Shown here: positions 48,438 to 60,473 of the stretch, in pieces
Numbering within the stretch: position 1 is the first letter of the stretch
Layout: each line of letters starts with the position of its first letter
Sequence record: NZ_CP040186.1
Reading direction: 5' to 3' (one strand)
DNA: 64,000 nt
Source of the DNA: a plasmid
Program-made: the position numbers and the translations under genes
The notes under the pieces: generated by a model
Database searches by the model: none
Seen by the model: only the letters and a program-made list of their open reading frames with translations
Told to the model about the DNA's origin: nothing

Positions 48438-49913
48438 TCAGCATTGGGTTTCCGGGATCATTTTCTCCAGTCTGGGCACGGATAAGATAAAACGCGTGGA
48501 GCGTACGTCTGATTCCACCTGCACTCTTCCGTGATGTGCTTCCACGATGGACTTCACAATCGCAAGGCCGATGCCGCTGCCTTCTCCTTTTCGTTGTCTG
48601 GACGGATCTACCCGATAAAAACGGTCAAACAGCCTTGATAAATGCTCTTCAGGGATTGGTTTCCCCGGATTTTCAATCACAAGGTCAAAAAAGCTCTCCT
48701 GCTCTCTTATTGAGACGGTGATTGCCTGTCCCTCCGGGGTATAACGCAGGGCATTGGATAACAGATTATTGATCGCCCTTCTGAACATTTGTGGATCTCC
48801 CTCAACCAGGCAGGGCATCCCGTTAAATTTGAGCGTGATATTGCGTTCTTCGGCCCAGGCTTCGAAAAACTCGAAGACTTTCATGACTTCCGCTCTGAGG
48901 TCAAACATGACCCTGTCAGGTATCAGCTGATTATTATCTGCCTGTGCCAGGAACAGCATATCGCTGACCATTTTGGTCATCCGGTTATACTCTTCAAGAC
49001 TGGAATAGAGGACATCCTCAAGTTCCCTCTGTGTTCGATCCTGACTCAGTGCGATTTCAGTCTGCGTCACCAGATTGGTGATGGGCGTTCTGATCTCATG
49101 CGCGATATCGGCAGAGAAATTGGCCTGGCGGGTAAAGACATCCTCAATCTTTCCAATCATATGATTGAACGAGATAACCAGTTGCTCCAGCTCAATGGGA
49201 ACGCGTGTCGGTTCCAGTCGCGCATCAAGATTCTCGGAGGTGATGTTTTTAATGGCATTGCTGACATTACGAAGGGGCAGGTGCCCCTGACGGACAGCGA
49301 TTCGAATGATCAGAACAATCAACAGGCTTATCACGACGGCAATCGCAATCAGGTTCTTTTTCAGCGCATCGAGGTAATGGAGATGGAAATTAATGGATAG
49401 GCCAGTCAGCATGACATAGTTCTGCTGTTTGCCCTGAAATATCGCCTGACCAGAGGAGGCGATAATCCTGTATGTTTCCATCTTCATTTCGGACCCGGTA
49501 TCCATCGGTCCCGCAGGATCCTCCACCGTCCAGAGAAAGACATCCCGTGCGCGGCTGTGCTCGCTAAAATCTGCTGAATTCACTGCCGGGCGTAGTGCCG
49601 CCCCCTGAGTTGAGCTAAAGAGCACTTCACCCCTGGGATTGAGGAGCAAAAGGGCAACGTTGCGGTAGCTGGCAATTGATTCCTTTATTTTGCTTATTTT
49701 TTTATCATCCGGATCCACCGGGGACTGCAGTATACGGTTCAGTGTGGTGCTGATTTGTTGAAGATCGCTGACATCCTGCTCGGCAAAATGATTTTCAACA
49801 GAATGCAGCATAAACCAGGTGAAGGCGATAAAAGCCAGTATCGTGGACAGGCTGATAAAAAAGGTCAGCCGCAGAGCGAGTGAGAAAGGGCGTCTGGAAG
49901 GTTTGCTATGCAT
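48438..49913 (-). CDS. silS: Sensor histidine kinase SilS
   Basis: The 491-aa protein has two transmembrane segments and HisKA/HATPase motifs. Sits downstream of silR. Confidence 0.9.
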   Translation of the reverse strand: MHSKPSRRPFSLALRLTFFISLSTILAFIAFTWFMLHSVENHFAEQDVSDLQQISTTLNRILQSPVDPDDKKISKIKESIASYRNVALLLLNPRGEVLFSSTQGAALRPAVNSADFSEHSRARDVFLWTVEDPAGPMDTGSEMKMETYRIIASSGQAIFQGKQQNYVMLTGLSINFHLHYLDALKKNLIAIAVVISLLIVLIIRIAVRQGHLPLRNVSNAIKNITSENLDARLEPTRVPIELEQLVISFNHMIGKIEDVFTRQANFSADIAHEIRTPITNLVTQTEIALSQDRTQRELEDVLYSSLEEYNRMTKMVSDMLFLAQADNNQLIPDRVMFDLRAEVMKVFEFFEAWAEERNITLKFNGMPCLVEGDPQMFRRAINNLLSNALRYTPEGQAITVSIREQESFFDLVIENPGKPIPEEHLSRLFDRFYRVDPSRQRKGEGSGIGLAIVKSIVEAHHGRVQVESDVRSTRFILSVPRLEKMIPETQC

Positions 49914-50586
49914 CCGGGACCTCCAGCATGTAGCCCACGCCCCGGACTGTCTGGATCAGCTTTGTCTCGTAATCGTTGTCTATTTTAGCGCGGAGTCGCT
50001 TTACTGCGACATCGATCGCATTAGTGTCGCTGTCAAAATTCATGTCCCAGACCTGAGAGGCAATCAGGGAGCGGGGAAGAACCTCTCCCTGATGGCGAAT
50101 GAAGAATTCCAGCAGGCTGAACTCTTTACTGGTGAGCACAATGCGGTTTCCGGCGCGACTGACTTTTCTGGATACGAGATCAATCGAGAGGTCAGCCACC
50201 TTAAACTGGCTTTCCGTGATCATCGTGTTTCCCCGCCTCAGAAGGGTTCTCACCCGGGCGAGCAGTTCGGCAAACGCAAAGGGTTTAACCAGATAATCGT
50301 CCGCACCCAGTTCCAGTCCTTTGACCCTATGTTCGATCGTGCCGAGGGCTGTCAGCAGTAAGACCGGCATACCCTTTCCGGCAGTGCGCAGCATGCGGAT
50401 GATATCCCAGCCGTTCACATCAGGTAGCATGATATCCAGAATGACTAAATCATACTCGGCTGTCATGGCGAGATGATATCCGGTAAGACCATTATCAGCG
50501 TGATCCACTACGAACCCTGCCTCTGTAAGCCCTTTGCTGAGATATTCACCTGTTTTAATTTCGTCTTCGACGATCAATATTTTCAT
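49906..50586 (-). CDS. silR: Response regulator SilR (OmpR family)
   Basis: MKILIVEDE receiver domain and a winged-helix C-terminus. Confidence 0.9.
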   Translation of the reverse strand: MKILIVEDEIKTGEYLSKGLTEAGFVVDHADNGLTGYHLAMTAEYDLVILDIMLPDVNGWDIIRMLRTAGKGMPVLLLTALGTIEHRVKGLELGADDYLVKPFAFAELLARVRTLLRRGNTMITESQFKVADLSIDLVSRKVSRAGNRIVLTSKEFSLLEFFIRHQGEVLPRSLIASQVWDMNFDSDTNAIDVAVKRLRAKIDNDYETKLIQTVRGVGYMLEVPDA

Positions 50587-50656
50587 CTTGCTCCCCGGCT
50601 GGCTGCTAATGTCATTCTATTGCGCCCACGATCGTTATCAACGGATTACAGCAAAA

Positions 50657-50672
50657 ATGACAACATTGTCAT
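50657..50672. promoter_or_regulatory. SilR/CusR box ATGACAACATTGTCAT in the divergent silR-silC intergenic region
   Basis: A perfect palindrome of the AAAATGACAAnnTTGTCATT type. Confidence 0.6.
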
Positions 50673-50775
50673 TATCCTGTCACTCGGCAAACAGAGAGCG
50701 TTAGGTAAAGTACCCCTATCAATACTCTGGACTTCATTTGAACCATTTACCAGGTCTGCCTGGACGAGAAGCGTT

Positions 50776-52161
50776 ATGTTCAAATTAAAATTACTCAGCA
50801 TTAGCACGATATTCATCCTGGCAGGCTGCGTGTCGCTTGCGCCTGAATATCAGCGGCCCGCAGCACCGGTACCCCAGCAGTTTTCACTGTCCCATAACAG
50901 CCTGACGCCAGCGGTAAATGGCTATCAGGATACGGGCTGGCGTAACTTTTTTGTCGATCCCCAGGTTACCCGGTTGATCGGTGAAGCTCTGACTAATAAC
51001 CGTGATTTGAGAATGGCTGCCCTGAAGGTTGAAGAGGCCCGAGCCCAGTTCAACGTCACGGATGCAGATCGTTATCCCCAGCTGAATGCCTCATCCGGGA
51101 TAACATACAGCGGTGGTCTGAAAGGTGACAAGCCGACCACACAGGAGTACGACGCGAGACTGGAGCTCAGCTATGAGCTCGATTTTTTCGGCAAACTTAA
51201 GAACATGAGTGATGCTGACCGCCAGAACTACTTTGCCAGCGAAGAAGCCCGTCGGGCCGTACACATCCTGCTGGTCTCCAACGTTTCACAGAGCTATTTC
51301 AGCCAGCAACTGGCGTACGAACAACTCCGTATTGCGCGGGAAACGCTGAAAAATTATGAACAGTCCTATGCTTTCGTTGAGCAACAGCTCGTGACCGGGA
51401 GTACGAACGTTCTGGCACTTGAACAGGCGAGAGGACAAATCGAAAGTACCCGCGCCGAAATAGCCAAACGAGAAGGCGATCTGGCTCAGGCAAACAATGC
51501 CCTGCAACTGGTGCTGGGAACGTACCGCGCACTTCCGTCAGAAAAAGGGATGAAAGGCGGGGAGATCGCACCAGTAAAATTGCCACCAAATCTATCTTCA
51601 CAAATTTTGCTGCAGCGACCGGATATTATGGAAGCGGAATATCAGCTGAAAGCGGCTGATGCCAATATTGGCGCAGCGCGAGCGGCCTTTTTCCCCTCCA
51701 TTACCCTGACCAGTGGTCTTTCCGCAAGCAGTACGGAGCTGTCAAGCCTGTTTACGTCAGGAAGTGGAATGTGGAATTTTATCCCTAAAATTGAAATTCC
51801 TATTTTTAATGCTGGCAGGAATAAAGCCAATCTGAAGCTGGCTGAAATTCGCCAGCAACAATCGGTGGTTAATTACGAACAAAAAATTCAGTCAGCCTTT
51901 AAGGATGTTTCCGACACGCTTGCGCTGCGCGACAGCCTTAGCCAGCAACTTGAGTCACAGCAGCGTTATCTTGATTCACTTCAGATAACTCTCCAGCGTG
52001 CCAGAGGATTATATGCAAGTGGTGCTGTCAGTTACATCGAAGTGCTGGATGCAGAACGTTCCCTCTTCGCTACGCAGCAAACCATTCTCGATCTTACCTA
52101 TTCCCGACAGGTTAACGAAATTAATCTGTTTACCGCGCTGGGTGGCGGTTGGGTAGAGTAA
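50776..52161 (+). CDS. silC: Outer-membrane efflux lipoprotein SilC
   Basis: Lipobox LAGC and a 461-aa OMF-family protein. Confidence 0.9.
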   Translation: MFKLKLLSISTIFILAGCVSLAPEYQRPAAPVPQQFSLSHNSLTPAVNGYQDTGWRNFFVDPQVTRLIGEALTNNRDLRMAALKVEEARAQFNVTDADRYPQLNASSGITYSGGLKGDKPTTQEYDARLELSYELDFFGKLKNMSDADRQNYFASEEARRAVHILLVSNVSQSYFSQQLAYEQLRIARETLKNYEQSYAFVEQQLVTGSTNVLALEQARGQIESTRAEIAKREGDLAQANNALQLVLGTYRALPSEKGMKGGEIAPVKLPPNLSSQILLQRPDIMEAEYQLKAADANIGAARAAFFPSITLTSGLSASSTELSSLFTSGSGMWNFIPKIEIPIFNAGRNKANLKLAEIRQQQSVVNYEQKIQSAFKDVSDTLALRDSLSQQLESQQRYLDSLQITLQRARGLYASGAVSYIEVLDAERSLFATQQTILDLTYSRQVNEINLFTALGGGWVE

Positions 52162-52189
52162 ATTTATTTAATTAATCAGGAAATTAAAA

Positions 52190-52543
52190 ATGCGTAATTC
52201 ACTTAAAGCCGTTTTATTTGGTGCCTTCTCTGTCATGTTTTCTGCCGGTCTTCATGCTGAAACACATCAGCATGGCGATATGAATGCTGCCAGTGATGCT
52301 TCGGTACAGCAGGTTATCAAGGGCACCGGTGTCGTTAAAGACATTGATATGAATAGTAAAAAGATTACCATTTCGCACGAAGCAATCCCTGCTGTGGGCT
52401 GGCCTGCAATGACCATGCGCTTCACTTTTGTTAATGCAGACGACGCTATCAATGCCCTGAAAACCGGCAACCATGTCGATTTCTCGTTTATTCAGCAGGG
52501 CAATATCTCCTTACTCAAAAGCATTAACGTTACGCAATCCTGA
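52190..52543 (+). CDS. silF: Periplasmic metallochaperone SilF (CusF-like)
   Basis: The 117-aa protein with the CusF-like metal-binding residues. Confidence 0.85.
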   Translation: MRNSLKAVLFGAFSVMFSAGLHAETHQHGDMNAASDASVQQVIKGTGVVKDIDMNSKKITISHEAIPAVGWPAMTMRFTFVNADDAINALKTGNHVDFSFIQQGNISLLKSINVTQS

Positions 52544-52656
52544 TTATCAGTCCGGAGCGAATACATCCAGTGCGCCTGAACATTCATTAAGGGATTACTG
52601 TGAATGAATGATCGGGCGCATATGCCAGGTGTTTTGATTTTTCAGCGAGAAATTGT

Positions 52657-53949
52657 ATGGCTTCTTTAAAGATAAAATATGCTGCAATAATTATCAGCAG
52701 CCTCATAGCAGGAGGGCTGATATCGGTTACTGCCTGGCAGTATGTAAACTCATCACAAAAAACAGTACAAACCGAACAAAAGGCACCGGAGCGAAAGGTA
52801 CTTTTCTGGTATGACCCGATGAAACCGGATACCAAATTTGATAAACCCGGAAAATCTCCCTTTATGGATATGGACCTGGTGCCAAAATATGCTGATGAAA
52901 GCGGCGATAAAAGCAGTGGCGGGATCCGTATCGATCCAACGCAGGTTCAGAATCTGGGATTAAAAACGCAAAAAGTCACGCGAGGAATGCTGAATTATTC
53001 TCAGACAATCCCGGCTAATGTCAGTTACAACGAGTATCAGTTTGTCATTGTGCAGGCGCGCTCTGACGGTTTCGTCGAAAAAGTGTATCCCCTGACGATT
53101 GGCGATCATGTGAAGAAAGGCACTCCGCTTATCGATATCACCATTCCTGAATGGGTTGAGGCACAAAGTGAGTTCCTGCTGTTATCCGGTACAGGCGGTA
53201 CGTCAACCCAGATAAAAGGGGTTCTGGAGCGACTTCGTCTAGCTGGTATGCCGGAAGAGGATATTCAAAGGCTGCGTTCAACCCGCACAATCCAGACCCG
53301 TTTTACCATTAAAGCACCTATTGATGGTGTCATTACTGCGTTTGACCTGCGCACCGGAATGAATATTTCGAAAGATAAAGTAGTGGCTCAGATTCAGGGG
53401 ATGGACCCGGTCTGGATCAGCGCTGCAGTGCCAGAATCTATCGCATATCTGCTGAAAGATACGTCGCAGTTTGAAATTTCGGTACCGGCTTATCCGGATA
53501 AAACATTCCATGTCGAAAAATGGAACATTCTTCCCAGCGTGGATCAGACAACCCGTACGCTTCAGGTCCGTCTCCAGGTTTCTAATAAGGATGAGTTTCT
53601 CAAGCCGGGCATGAATGCCTATCTGAAACTGAATACCAAGAGCCAGGAGATGCTGCTGATACCAAGCCAGGCCGTTATCGATACCGGCAAAGAACAGCGC
53701 GTGATTACTGTTGATGATGAAGGCAAGTTTGTGCCGAAACAGATCCACGTTCTGCATGAATCACAGCAACAGTCCGGCATTGGCTCCGGCCTGAATGAAG
53801 GCGATACCGTGGTGGTCAGTGGCCTGTTCCTCATTGACTCCGAAGCCAATATTACGGGCGCGCTGGAACGTATGCGCCACCCTGAAAAAACAGAAAACAG
53901 TATGCCAGCAATGTCTGAGCAGCCTGTAAATATGCATTCAGGGCACTGA
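52657..53949 (+). CDS. silB: Membrane fusion protein SilB
   Basis: The 430-aa MFP with a Met-rich C-terminus. Confidence 0.9.
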   Translation: MASLKIKYAAIIISSLIAGGLISVTAWQYVNSSQKTVQTEQKAPERKVLFWYDPMKPDTKFDKPGKSPFMDMDLVPKYADESGDKSSGGIRIDPTQVQNLGLKTQKVTRGMLNYSQTIPANVSYNEYQFVIVQARSDGFVEKVYPLTIGDHVKKGTPLIDITIPEWVEAQSEFLLLSGTGGTSTQIKGVLERLRLAGMPEEDIQRLRSTRTIQTRFTIKAPIDGVITAFDLRTGMNISKDKVVAQIQGMDPVWISAAVPESIAYLLKDTSQFEISVPAYPDKTFHVEKWNILPSVDQTTRTLQVRLQVSNKDEFLKPGMNAYLKLNTKSQEMLLIPSQAVIDTGKEQRVITVDDEGKFVPKQIHVLHESQQQSGIGSGLNEGDTVVVSGLFLIDSEANITGALERMRHPEKTENSMPAMSEQPVNMHSGH

Positions 53950-53959
53950 GGAGACGACG

Positions 53960-56900
53960 ATGATTGAATGGATTATCCGGCGCTCTGTCGCCAACCGTTT
54001 CCTGGTCATGATGGGCGCACTGTTTCTCAGCATCTGGGGCACATGGACGATAATTAACACGCCGGTCGATGCGCTGCCTGACCTGTCAGATGTGCAGGTC
54101 ATTATTAAAACCAGCTATCCCGGACAGGCCCCGCAGATTGTAGAAAACCAGGTCACCTATCCGCTTACCACCACCATGCTGTCCGTACCTGGCGCAAAAA
54201 CCGTGCGTGGCTTTTCACAGTTCGGTGATTCGTATGTGTATGTCATTTTTGAAGACGGCACCGATCTGTACTGGGCCCGTTCGCGCGTGCTGGAATACCT
54301 GAATCAGGTTCAGGGCAAACTGCCTGCGGGTGTGAGCTCTGAAATCGGCCCGGACGCCACGGGAGTGGGCTGGATATTTGAATATGCCCTTGTCGATCGC
54401 AACGGAAAACACGACCTTTCAGAACTGCGCTCTCTGCAGGACTGGTTCCTGAAATTTGAGCTGAAAACCATCCCGAACGTGGCTGAGGTCGCTTCGGTTG
54501 GCGGCGTGGTGAAACAGTACCAGATTCAGGTCAATCCGGTAAAACTGTCCCAGTACGGTATCAGCCTGCCCGAAGTGAAACAGGCACTTGAATCGTCTAA
54601 CCAGGAGGCCGGTGGCTCATCCGTTGAAATGGCCGAAGCGGAGTATATGGTCCGTGCCAGCGGTTATCTTCAGAGCATTGATGATTTTAATAACATCGTC
54701 CTGAAAACAGGTGAGAACGGCGTGCCGGTTTATCTGCGGGATGTTGCCCGCGTGCAGACCGGGCCCGAAATGAGGCGTGGTATTGCCGAGCTGAACGGCC
54801 AGGGAGAAGTCGCTGGCGGCGTGGTGATCCTGCGGTCGGGTAAAAATGCGCGCGACGTTATCACGGCAGTGAGGGATAAACTGGAGACGCTGAAGGCCAG
54901 CCTGCCGGAAGGCGTTGAAATCGTGACCACCTACGATCGCAGCCAGTTAATCGACCGGGCGATTGATAACCTCAGTTCCAAACTTCTGGAAGAGTTTATC
55001 GTGGTGGCCATCGTCTGTGCTCTGTTCCTGTGGCACGTACGTTCTGCCCTGGTGGCGATTATCTCTCTGCCGCTTGGCCTGTGTATCGCCTTTATCGTCA
55101 TGCACTTCCAGGGACTGAACGCCAATATCATGTCGCTGGGAGGGATAGCGATTGCCGTCGGTGCGATGGTGGATGCCGCCATTGTGATGATTGAAAATGC
55201 GCACAAACGGCTTGAGGAGTGGGATCATCAGCATCCGGGTGAGCAGATTGACAACGCCACCCGCTGGAAGGTGATTACCGACGCCTCCGTGGAAGTGGGA
55301 CCCGCGTTGTTCATTAGCCTGCTGATCATCACCCTGTCCTTTATTCCTATCTTTACCCTGGAAGGGCAGGAAGGTCGTCTGTTTGGCCCGCTGGCATTCA
55401 CGAAAACGTACTCCATGGCGGGAGCGGCCGCACTGGCCATCATCGTCATTCCTATTCTGATGGGATTCTGGATCCGGGGGAAAATTCCTGCCGAGACAAG
55501 TAACCCCCTGAACCGGGTGCTGATCAAAGCGTATCATCCTTTGCTGCTGCGGGTCCTCCACTGGCCAAAAACAACCCTGCTGGTTGCGGCCTTGTCCATT
55601 TTCACGGTTATCTGGCCACTGAGTCAGGTGGGCGGTGAATTTCTGCCGAAGATTAACGAGGGCGATCTGCTGTATATGCCGTCGACCTTGCCTGGCGTCT
55701 CTCCGGCAGAAGCTGCAGCGCTCCTGCAGACAACAGACAAGTTAATCAAAAGCGTTCCTGAAGTGGCTTCTGTATTTGGCAAGACCGGTAAAGCAGAGAC
55801 CGCAACGGATTCCGCGCCGCTCGAAATGGTGGAAACCACGATCCAGCTCAAACCTGAGGATCAGTGGCGTCCCGGCATGACAATTGACAAGATTATTGAT
55901 GAACTCGACAGGACAGTCCGTTTACCGGGTCTGGCAAACCTCTGGGTGCCGCCTATCCGTAACCGTATTGATATGCTCTCAACCGGGATCAAAAGCCCGA
56001 TAGGTATCAAAGTGTCCGGGACTGTTCTGTCCGATATCGACGCGACGGCGCAGAGTATCGAGGCGGTAGCCAAAACCGTGCCTGGCGTGGTGTCTGTCCT
56101 GGCTGAGCGACTTGAGGGCGGGCGCTACATCGATATCGATATCAACCGGGAGAAAGCCTCCCGCTACGGGATGACGGTAGGTGATGTCCAGCTGTTCGTC
56201 TCTTCAGCAATCGGAGGTGCTATGGTGGGTGAGACGGTTGAAGGGGTGGCCCGGTACCCTATTAACATTCGCTACCCGCAGGATTACCGGAACAGTCCGC
56301 AGGCGCTGAAACAGATGCCGATCCTGACCCCGATGAAGCAGCAGATCACGCTGGGCGATGTCGCGGATATTAACGTCGTTTCTGGACCAACCATGCTGAA
56401 AACCGAAAATGCCCGGCCAGCCAGCTGGATTTATGTTGATGCCCGCGGCAGGGACATGGTGTCGGTGGTTAACGACATTAAGACGGCCATCAGCGAGAAA
56501 GTGAAACTGAGACCGGGAACCAGTGTGGCATTCTCCGGACAGTTTGAACTGCTTGAGCATGCCAACAAGAAACTGAAGCTGATGGTGCCGATGACGGTGA
56601 TGATCATTTTCATCCTGTTGTATCTGGCATTCCGCCGGGTTGACGAAGCCCTGCTGATCCTGATGAGCCTGCCGTTCGCCCTGGTTGGCGGAATATGGTT
56701 CCTGTACTGGCAGGGCTTCCATATGTCAGTGGCGACCGGAACCGGGTTTATCGCCCTGGCCGGGGTGGCAGCAGAGTTTGGCGTGGTCATGCTGATGTAT
56801 CTGCGTCATGCCATTGAAGCGCACCCGGAATTGTCCCGTAAAGAGACGTTCACACCGGAAGGTCTTGATGAAGCCCTCTATCATGGTGCCGTACTGCGTG

Positions 56901-57106
56901 TCCGGCCGAAAGCCATGACCGTGGCGGTGATCATTGCGGGTCTGCTGCCAATACTCTGGGGAACCGGCGCAGGTTCAGAAGTCATGAGCCGTATTGCTGC
57001 GCCAATGATTGGTGGGATGATCACGGCTCCGCTGCTGTCCCTGTTCATTATTCCTGCCGCCTACAAATTAATCTGGCTGCGCAGACATAAAAAAAGCGTG
57101 TCATAA
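53960..57106 (+). CDS. silA: RND heavy-metal efflux pump SilA
   Basis: The 1048-aa HME-RND protein. Confidence 0.95.
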   Translation: MIEWIIRRSVANRFLVMMGALFLSIWGTWTIINTPVDALPDLSDVQVIIKTSYPGQAPQIVENQVTYPLTTTMLSVPGAKTVRGFSQFGDSYVYVIFEDGTDLYWARSRVLEYLNQVQGKLPAGVSSEIGPDATGVGWIFEYALVDRNGKHDLSELRSLQDWFLKFELKTIPNVAEVASVGGVVKQYQIQVNPVKLSQYGISLPEVKQALESSNQEAGGSSVEMAEAEYMVRASGYLQSIDDFNNIVLKTGENGVPVYLRDVARVQTGPEMRRGIAELNGQGEVAGGVVILRSGKNARDVITAVRDKLETLKASLPEGVEIVTTYDRSQLIDRAIDNLSSKLLEEFIVVAIVCALFLWHVRSALVAIISLPLGLCIAFIVMHFQGLNANIMSLGGIAIAVGAMVDAAIVMIENAHKRLEEWDHQHPGEQIDNATRWKVITDASVEVGPALFISLLIITLSFIPIFTLEGQEGRLFGPLAFTKTYSMAGAAALAIIVIPILMGFWIRGKIPAETSNPLNRVLIKAYHPLLLRVLHWPKTTLLVAALSIFTVIWPLSQVGGEFLPKINEGDLLYMPSTLPGVSPAEAAALLQTTDKLIKSVPEVASVFGKTGKAETATDSAPLEMVETTIQLKPEDQWRPGMTIDKIIDELDRTVRLPGLANLWVPPIRNRIDMLSTGIKSPIGIKVSGTVLSDIDATAQSIEAVAKTVPGVVSVLAERLEGGRYIDIDINREKASRYGMTVGDVQLFVSSAIGGAMVGETVEGVARYPINIRYPQDYRNSPQALKQMPILTPMKQQITLGDVADINVVSGPTMLKTENARPASWIYVDARGRDMVSVVNDIKTAISEKVKLRPGTSVAFSGQFELLEHANKKLKLMVPMTVMIIFILLYLAFRRVDEALLILMSLPFALVGGIWFLYWQGFHMSVATGTGFIALAGVAAEFGVVMLMYLRHAIEAHPELSRKETFTPEGLDEALYHGAVLRVRPKAMTVAVIIAGLLPILWGTGAGSEVMSRIAAPMIGGMITAPLLSLFIIPAAYKLIWLRRHKKSVS

Positions 57107-57186
57107 CCCTGAAAGGGCGCCCCCAGTGGGCGTCCTTCTGCACTGATTCACCCTGACGTCAGGGTTTATATCGATAATATACAGAG

Positions 57187-57633
57187 GTGAGTATGAAAAA
57201 AGTGGTTCTAATGGCCCTGGCTCTCGGCCTGTCACTGCCTGCAATGGCGAGTGAAAAAGTCATTGATATGTACAAATCTGAAAACTGTGGCTGTTGTTCC
57301 CTGTGGGGCAAAGCGATGGAAAAAGACGGGTTCGAAGTGCGAACTCACGTCATGAATGATCAGGCGCTGTCAGCCCTGAAAGAAAAGCATGCTGTTCCTG
57401 CTGGACTACGAAGTTGTCATACCGCGGTTGTAGGTAATTTGATCATTGAAGGCCATGTGCCTGCGGCAACGATACATAAGGCCATGCAGTCTGGTTCGGG
57501 TATATACGGTCTCGCCACCCCCGGTATGCCAGCAGGAAGTCCGGGAATGGAGATGGGGGCCCGAAAAGAGGCTTACGATGTTATCGCATTCTCACCGGAG
57601 GGCAGTAAAAAAGTCTTCCAGCGAATCGAATAG
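57187..57633 (+). CDS. silG: DUF411 periplasmic metal-binding protein (SilG/ORF105)
   Basis: Signal peptide followed by a CGCC motif. Confidence 0.75.
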   Translation: MSMKKVVLMALALGLSLPAMASEKVIDMYKSENCGCCSLWGKAMEKDGFEVRTHVMNDQALSALKEKHAVPAGLRSCHTAVVGNLIIEGHVPAATIHKAMQSGSGIYGLATPGMPAGSPGMEMGARKEAYDVIAFSPEGSKKVFQRIE

Positions 57634-57760
57634 TCAGCGGAACGGCTGATAACGGGACGCCGGCAGCAGGCACTCTTATGCCGGCGGCATTCGTGGTAAT
57701 CGCATCCATGACATATCCTGAAGACAGAAAATGCTTCAGATATGCATAAGGAGAGTTACT

Positions 57761-60202
57761 GTGAAAAATGACAATGCAGTGGAACATAACAACCAGACTG
57801 CTTCTGAGCAGACATCATCCCCGGACGAGAGTCACGCATTGCATAAGGTGAGAGATCCCGTGTGCGGGATGGTCATCCTGCCTGACAAGGCGCACAGCAG
57901 CATTCGATACCAGGACCATCAGCTTTATTTCTGCTCCGCCAGCTGTGAGAGCAAATTTAAAGCCCATCCCGATCATTATTTTACCGAAGATGCCAGTGAA
58001 CATCACCATCACCACGACCACCATGAAGTCAGCCCTGATAAGATAAAACAGTCTCACCGCCAGGCGGAGAAAGAGATTTCTGAAGGTGTGTGGACATGTC
58101 CGATGCATCCGGAGATACGCCGTAGTGGTCCCGGAAGCTGTCCTGTCTGTGGAATGGCACTGGAGCCGCTCGTAGCTACGGCATCCACGGGGACGAGTGA
58201 TGAACTTCGCGACATGACAAGACGCTTCTGGCTGGGGTTGTTGCTGGCGTTTCCGGTTCTGATACTCGAAATGGGTTCTCATCTGTTTCCCGCTTTGAGG
58301 AATACAGTACCGCCACAGTACAACACATGGCTGCAGTTACTTCTGGCCTCTCCTGTCGTTTTGTGGTGTGGCTGGCCATTCTTCGCCCGGGCCGGAATGT
58401 CGTTACGTAACCGCTCCCTGAATATGTTTACCCTTGTTGCAATGGGGACCGGCGTAGCCTGGGTTTACAGCGTCATTGCAACCGTCTTCCCCTCCTGGTT
58501 TCCTGCATCGTTCAGAAACATGGATGGCCTGGTGGCCATTTATTTTGAAGCCGCAGCTGTTATTACGGTGCTTGTTCTGCTGGGACAGGTCCTTGAATTG
58601 CGGGCAAGGGAACAAACCTCAGGTGCCATTACTGCACTTCTGAACCTTGCCCCCAAAACCGCCAGGCGGCTGGATCATGACGGTCATGAAACGGATATTA
58701 ATGCGGAAGATGTCCTGCCTGGCGATAAGCTCCGCATCAGACCTGGAGAGAGTATTCCGGTCGACGGTATCGTGGTCGAAGGCAAAACAACCGTGGATGA
58801 ATCGATGGTGACCGGGGAGTCTATGCCGGTTACCAAAACGGAGGGTGAACCCGTCATTGGGGGGACGATTAATCAGACAGGTAGTCTTATCATCCGTGCA
58901 GAGAAAGTCGGTGATGAAACGATGCTCTCACGAATTGTTCAGATGGTCGCTGATGCACAGCGTTCGCGGGCCCCCATCCAGAGAATGGCTGACAGCGTTT
59001 CAGGCTGGTTTGTTCCTCTGGTGATACTTATCGCGGTTGTTGCTTTCATGATCTGGTCTGTCTGGGGGCCCGAGCCCAGGATGGCGCACGGTCTCATTGC
59101 GGCTGTGTCGGTCCTGATTATTGCCTGTCCCTGCGCGCTGGGGCTGGCCACGCCGATGTCGATAATGGTGGGGGTGGGCAAAGGAGCCCAGGCCGGGGTG
59201 TTAATTAAGAATGCCGAAGCCCTTGAGCGTCTTGAAAAAGTGGACACGCTGGTTGTCGACAAAACAGGCACGCTCACGGAAGGTTCGCCGACGGTGACAG
59301 GGATTATCAGTCTCAATCCGGGTGGGGAAACATCTCTTTTGCGTGTAACGGCCGCAGTGGAAAAAGGCTCGCAGCATCCGCTGGGTATGGCAGTAGTTAA
59401 AGCAGCACAGGAAAAGGGGATCGCAATACCCGCAGTCACTCATTTCAATGCGCCGTCGGGTAAAGGTGTCTCAGGCGATGTCGAAGGTCAACGGGTTGTT
59501 ATTGGTAATGAACTGGCTATGCAGGAAAACAGTATCGTTATTGATAATCAAAAGGCCGTTGCGGATACGTTGCGGATGGAAGGTGCTACCGTTATCTATG
59601 TGGCCACAGGCGGGCACCTTGCAGGCCTGATAGCTATCTCGGATCCCGTGAAAGCAACCACGCCGGATGCGCTTAAAGCTTTGCGTCAGGCGGGGATCCG
59701 CATCGTTATGCTCACCGGGGATAACCAGCTTACCGCTGAAGCAGTCGCACGGAAACTGGGAATAGATGAGGTTGAAGCCGGGATTCTGCCGGATGGCAAA
59801 AAAGCAGTGATAACCCGACTGAAAGCGTCTGGCCATGTGGTTGCGATGGCCGGAGACGGTGTGAATGATGCCCCGGCGCTGGCAGCGGCTGACGTGGGAA
59901 TAGCCATGGGAACGGGTACAGATGTGGCAATTGAAAGTGCCGGAGTCACCCTTCTCAAAGGCGACTTGATGATACTGAACAGGGCCCGTCATCTGTCAGA
60001 AATCACCATGAAAAATATCCGACAGAATCTGTTTTTTGCATTTATCTACAACGCACTTGGCGTGCCTGTGGCTGCAGGCCTGCTTTATCCTGTGTATGGA
60101 ATACTGCTGTCGCCAGTTATTGCGGCGGCGGCCATGGCTCTTTCCTCCGTCAGCGTCATTGTGAATGCGTTGCGTCTGAAAAGTGTCAGGCTCGGGAAAT
60201 AA
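57761..60202 (+). CDS. silP: P1B-type Ag+/Cu+ ATPase SilP. The likely start is GTG at 57761; the ORF track begins at 57731.
   Basis: CPC motif, DKTGT, GDGVNDAP, and a His-rich N-terminus (EHHHHHDHHE). Confidence 0.9.
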   Translation: MKNDNAVEHNNQTASEQTSSPDESHALHKVRDPVCGMVILPDKAHSSIRYQDHQLYFCSASCESKFKAHPDHYFTEDASEHHHHHDHHEVSPDKIKQSHRQAEKEISEGVWTCPMHPEIRRSGPGSCPVCGMALEPLVATASTGTSDELRDMTRRFWLGLLLAFPVLILEMGSHLFPALRNTVPPQYNTWLQLLLASPVVLWCGWPFFARAGMSLRNRSLNMFTLVAMGTGVAWVYSVIATVFPSWFPASFRNMDGLVAIYFEAAAVITVLVLLGQVLELRAREQTSGAITALLNLAPKTARRLDHDGHETDINAEDVLPGDKLRIRPGESIPVDGIVVEGKTTVDESMVTGESMPVTKTEGEPVIGGTINQTGSLIIRAEKVGDETMLSRIVQMVADAQRSRAPIQRMADSVSGWFVPLVILIAVVAFMIWSVWGPEPRMAHGLIAAVSVLIIACPCALGLATPMSIMVGVGKGAQAGVLIKNAEALERLEKVDTLVVDKTGTLTEGSPTVTGIISLNPGGETSLLRVTAAVEKGSQHPLGMAVVKAAQEKGIAIPAVTHFNAPSGKGVSGDVEGQRVVIGNELAMQENSIVIDNQKAVADTLRMEGATVIYVATGGHLAGLIAISDPVKATTPDALKALRQAGIRIVMLTGDNQLTAEAVARKLGIDEVEAGILPDGKKAVITRLKASGHVVAMAGDGVNDAPALAAADVGIAMGTGTDVAIESAGVTLLKGDLMILNRARHLSEITMKNIRQNLFFAFIYNALGVPVAAGLLYPVYGILLSPVIAAAAMALSSVSVIVNALRLKSVRLGK

Positions 60203-60242
60203 CACTGAGTGAAGGGGCTGTTACGAACAGAAGGAGTCCAGT

Positions 60243-60440
60243 ATGAAAAGTACCACCTATGCGCTTATTGCTGTCGCCGCGATCGCGGCATTTGCCCTCC
60301 TGCGCGAACACTGGTCACATGTGGCAGGTTACTGGCCATATCTGTTATTGCTGGTCTGCCCGCTAATGCATCTTTTCCACGGCCACGGAGGGCATGGAGA
60401 TCATCAACATCAAGGAAGTGAAAACGATAAAAAAAATTAA
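60243..60440 (+). CDS. DUF2933-like small membrane protein with a His-rich tail
   Basis: Two transmembrane helices followed by HLFHGHGGHGDHQHQGS. Conserved position downstream of silP. Confidence 0.55.
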   Translation: MKSTTYALIAVAAIAAFALLREHWSHVAGYWPYLLLLVCPLMHLFHGHGGHGDHQHQGSENDKKN

Positions 60441-60473
60441 TCCGGCAGACGGGGCCGCGTCGCGGCCCCGTTA

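Noticed and set aside
54947-56790. Several 100-200-aa minus-strand ORFs inside silA
   Set aside because: They are antisense shadow ORFs within a 1048-aa RND pump gene.
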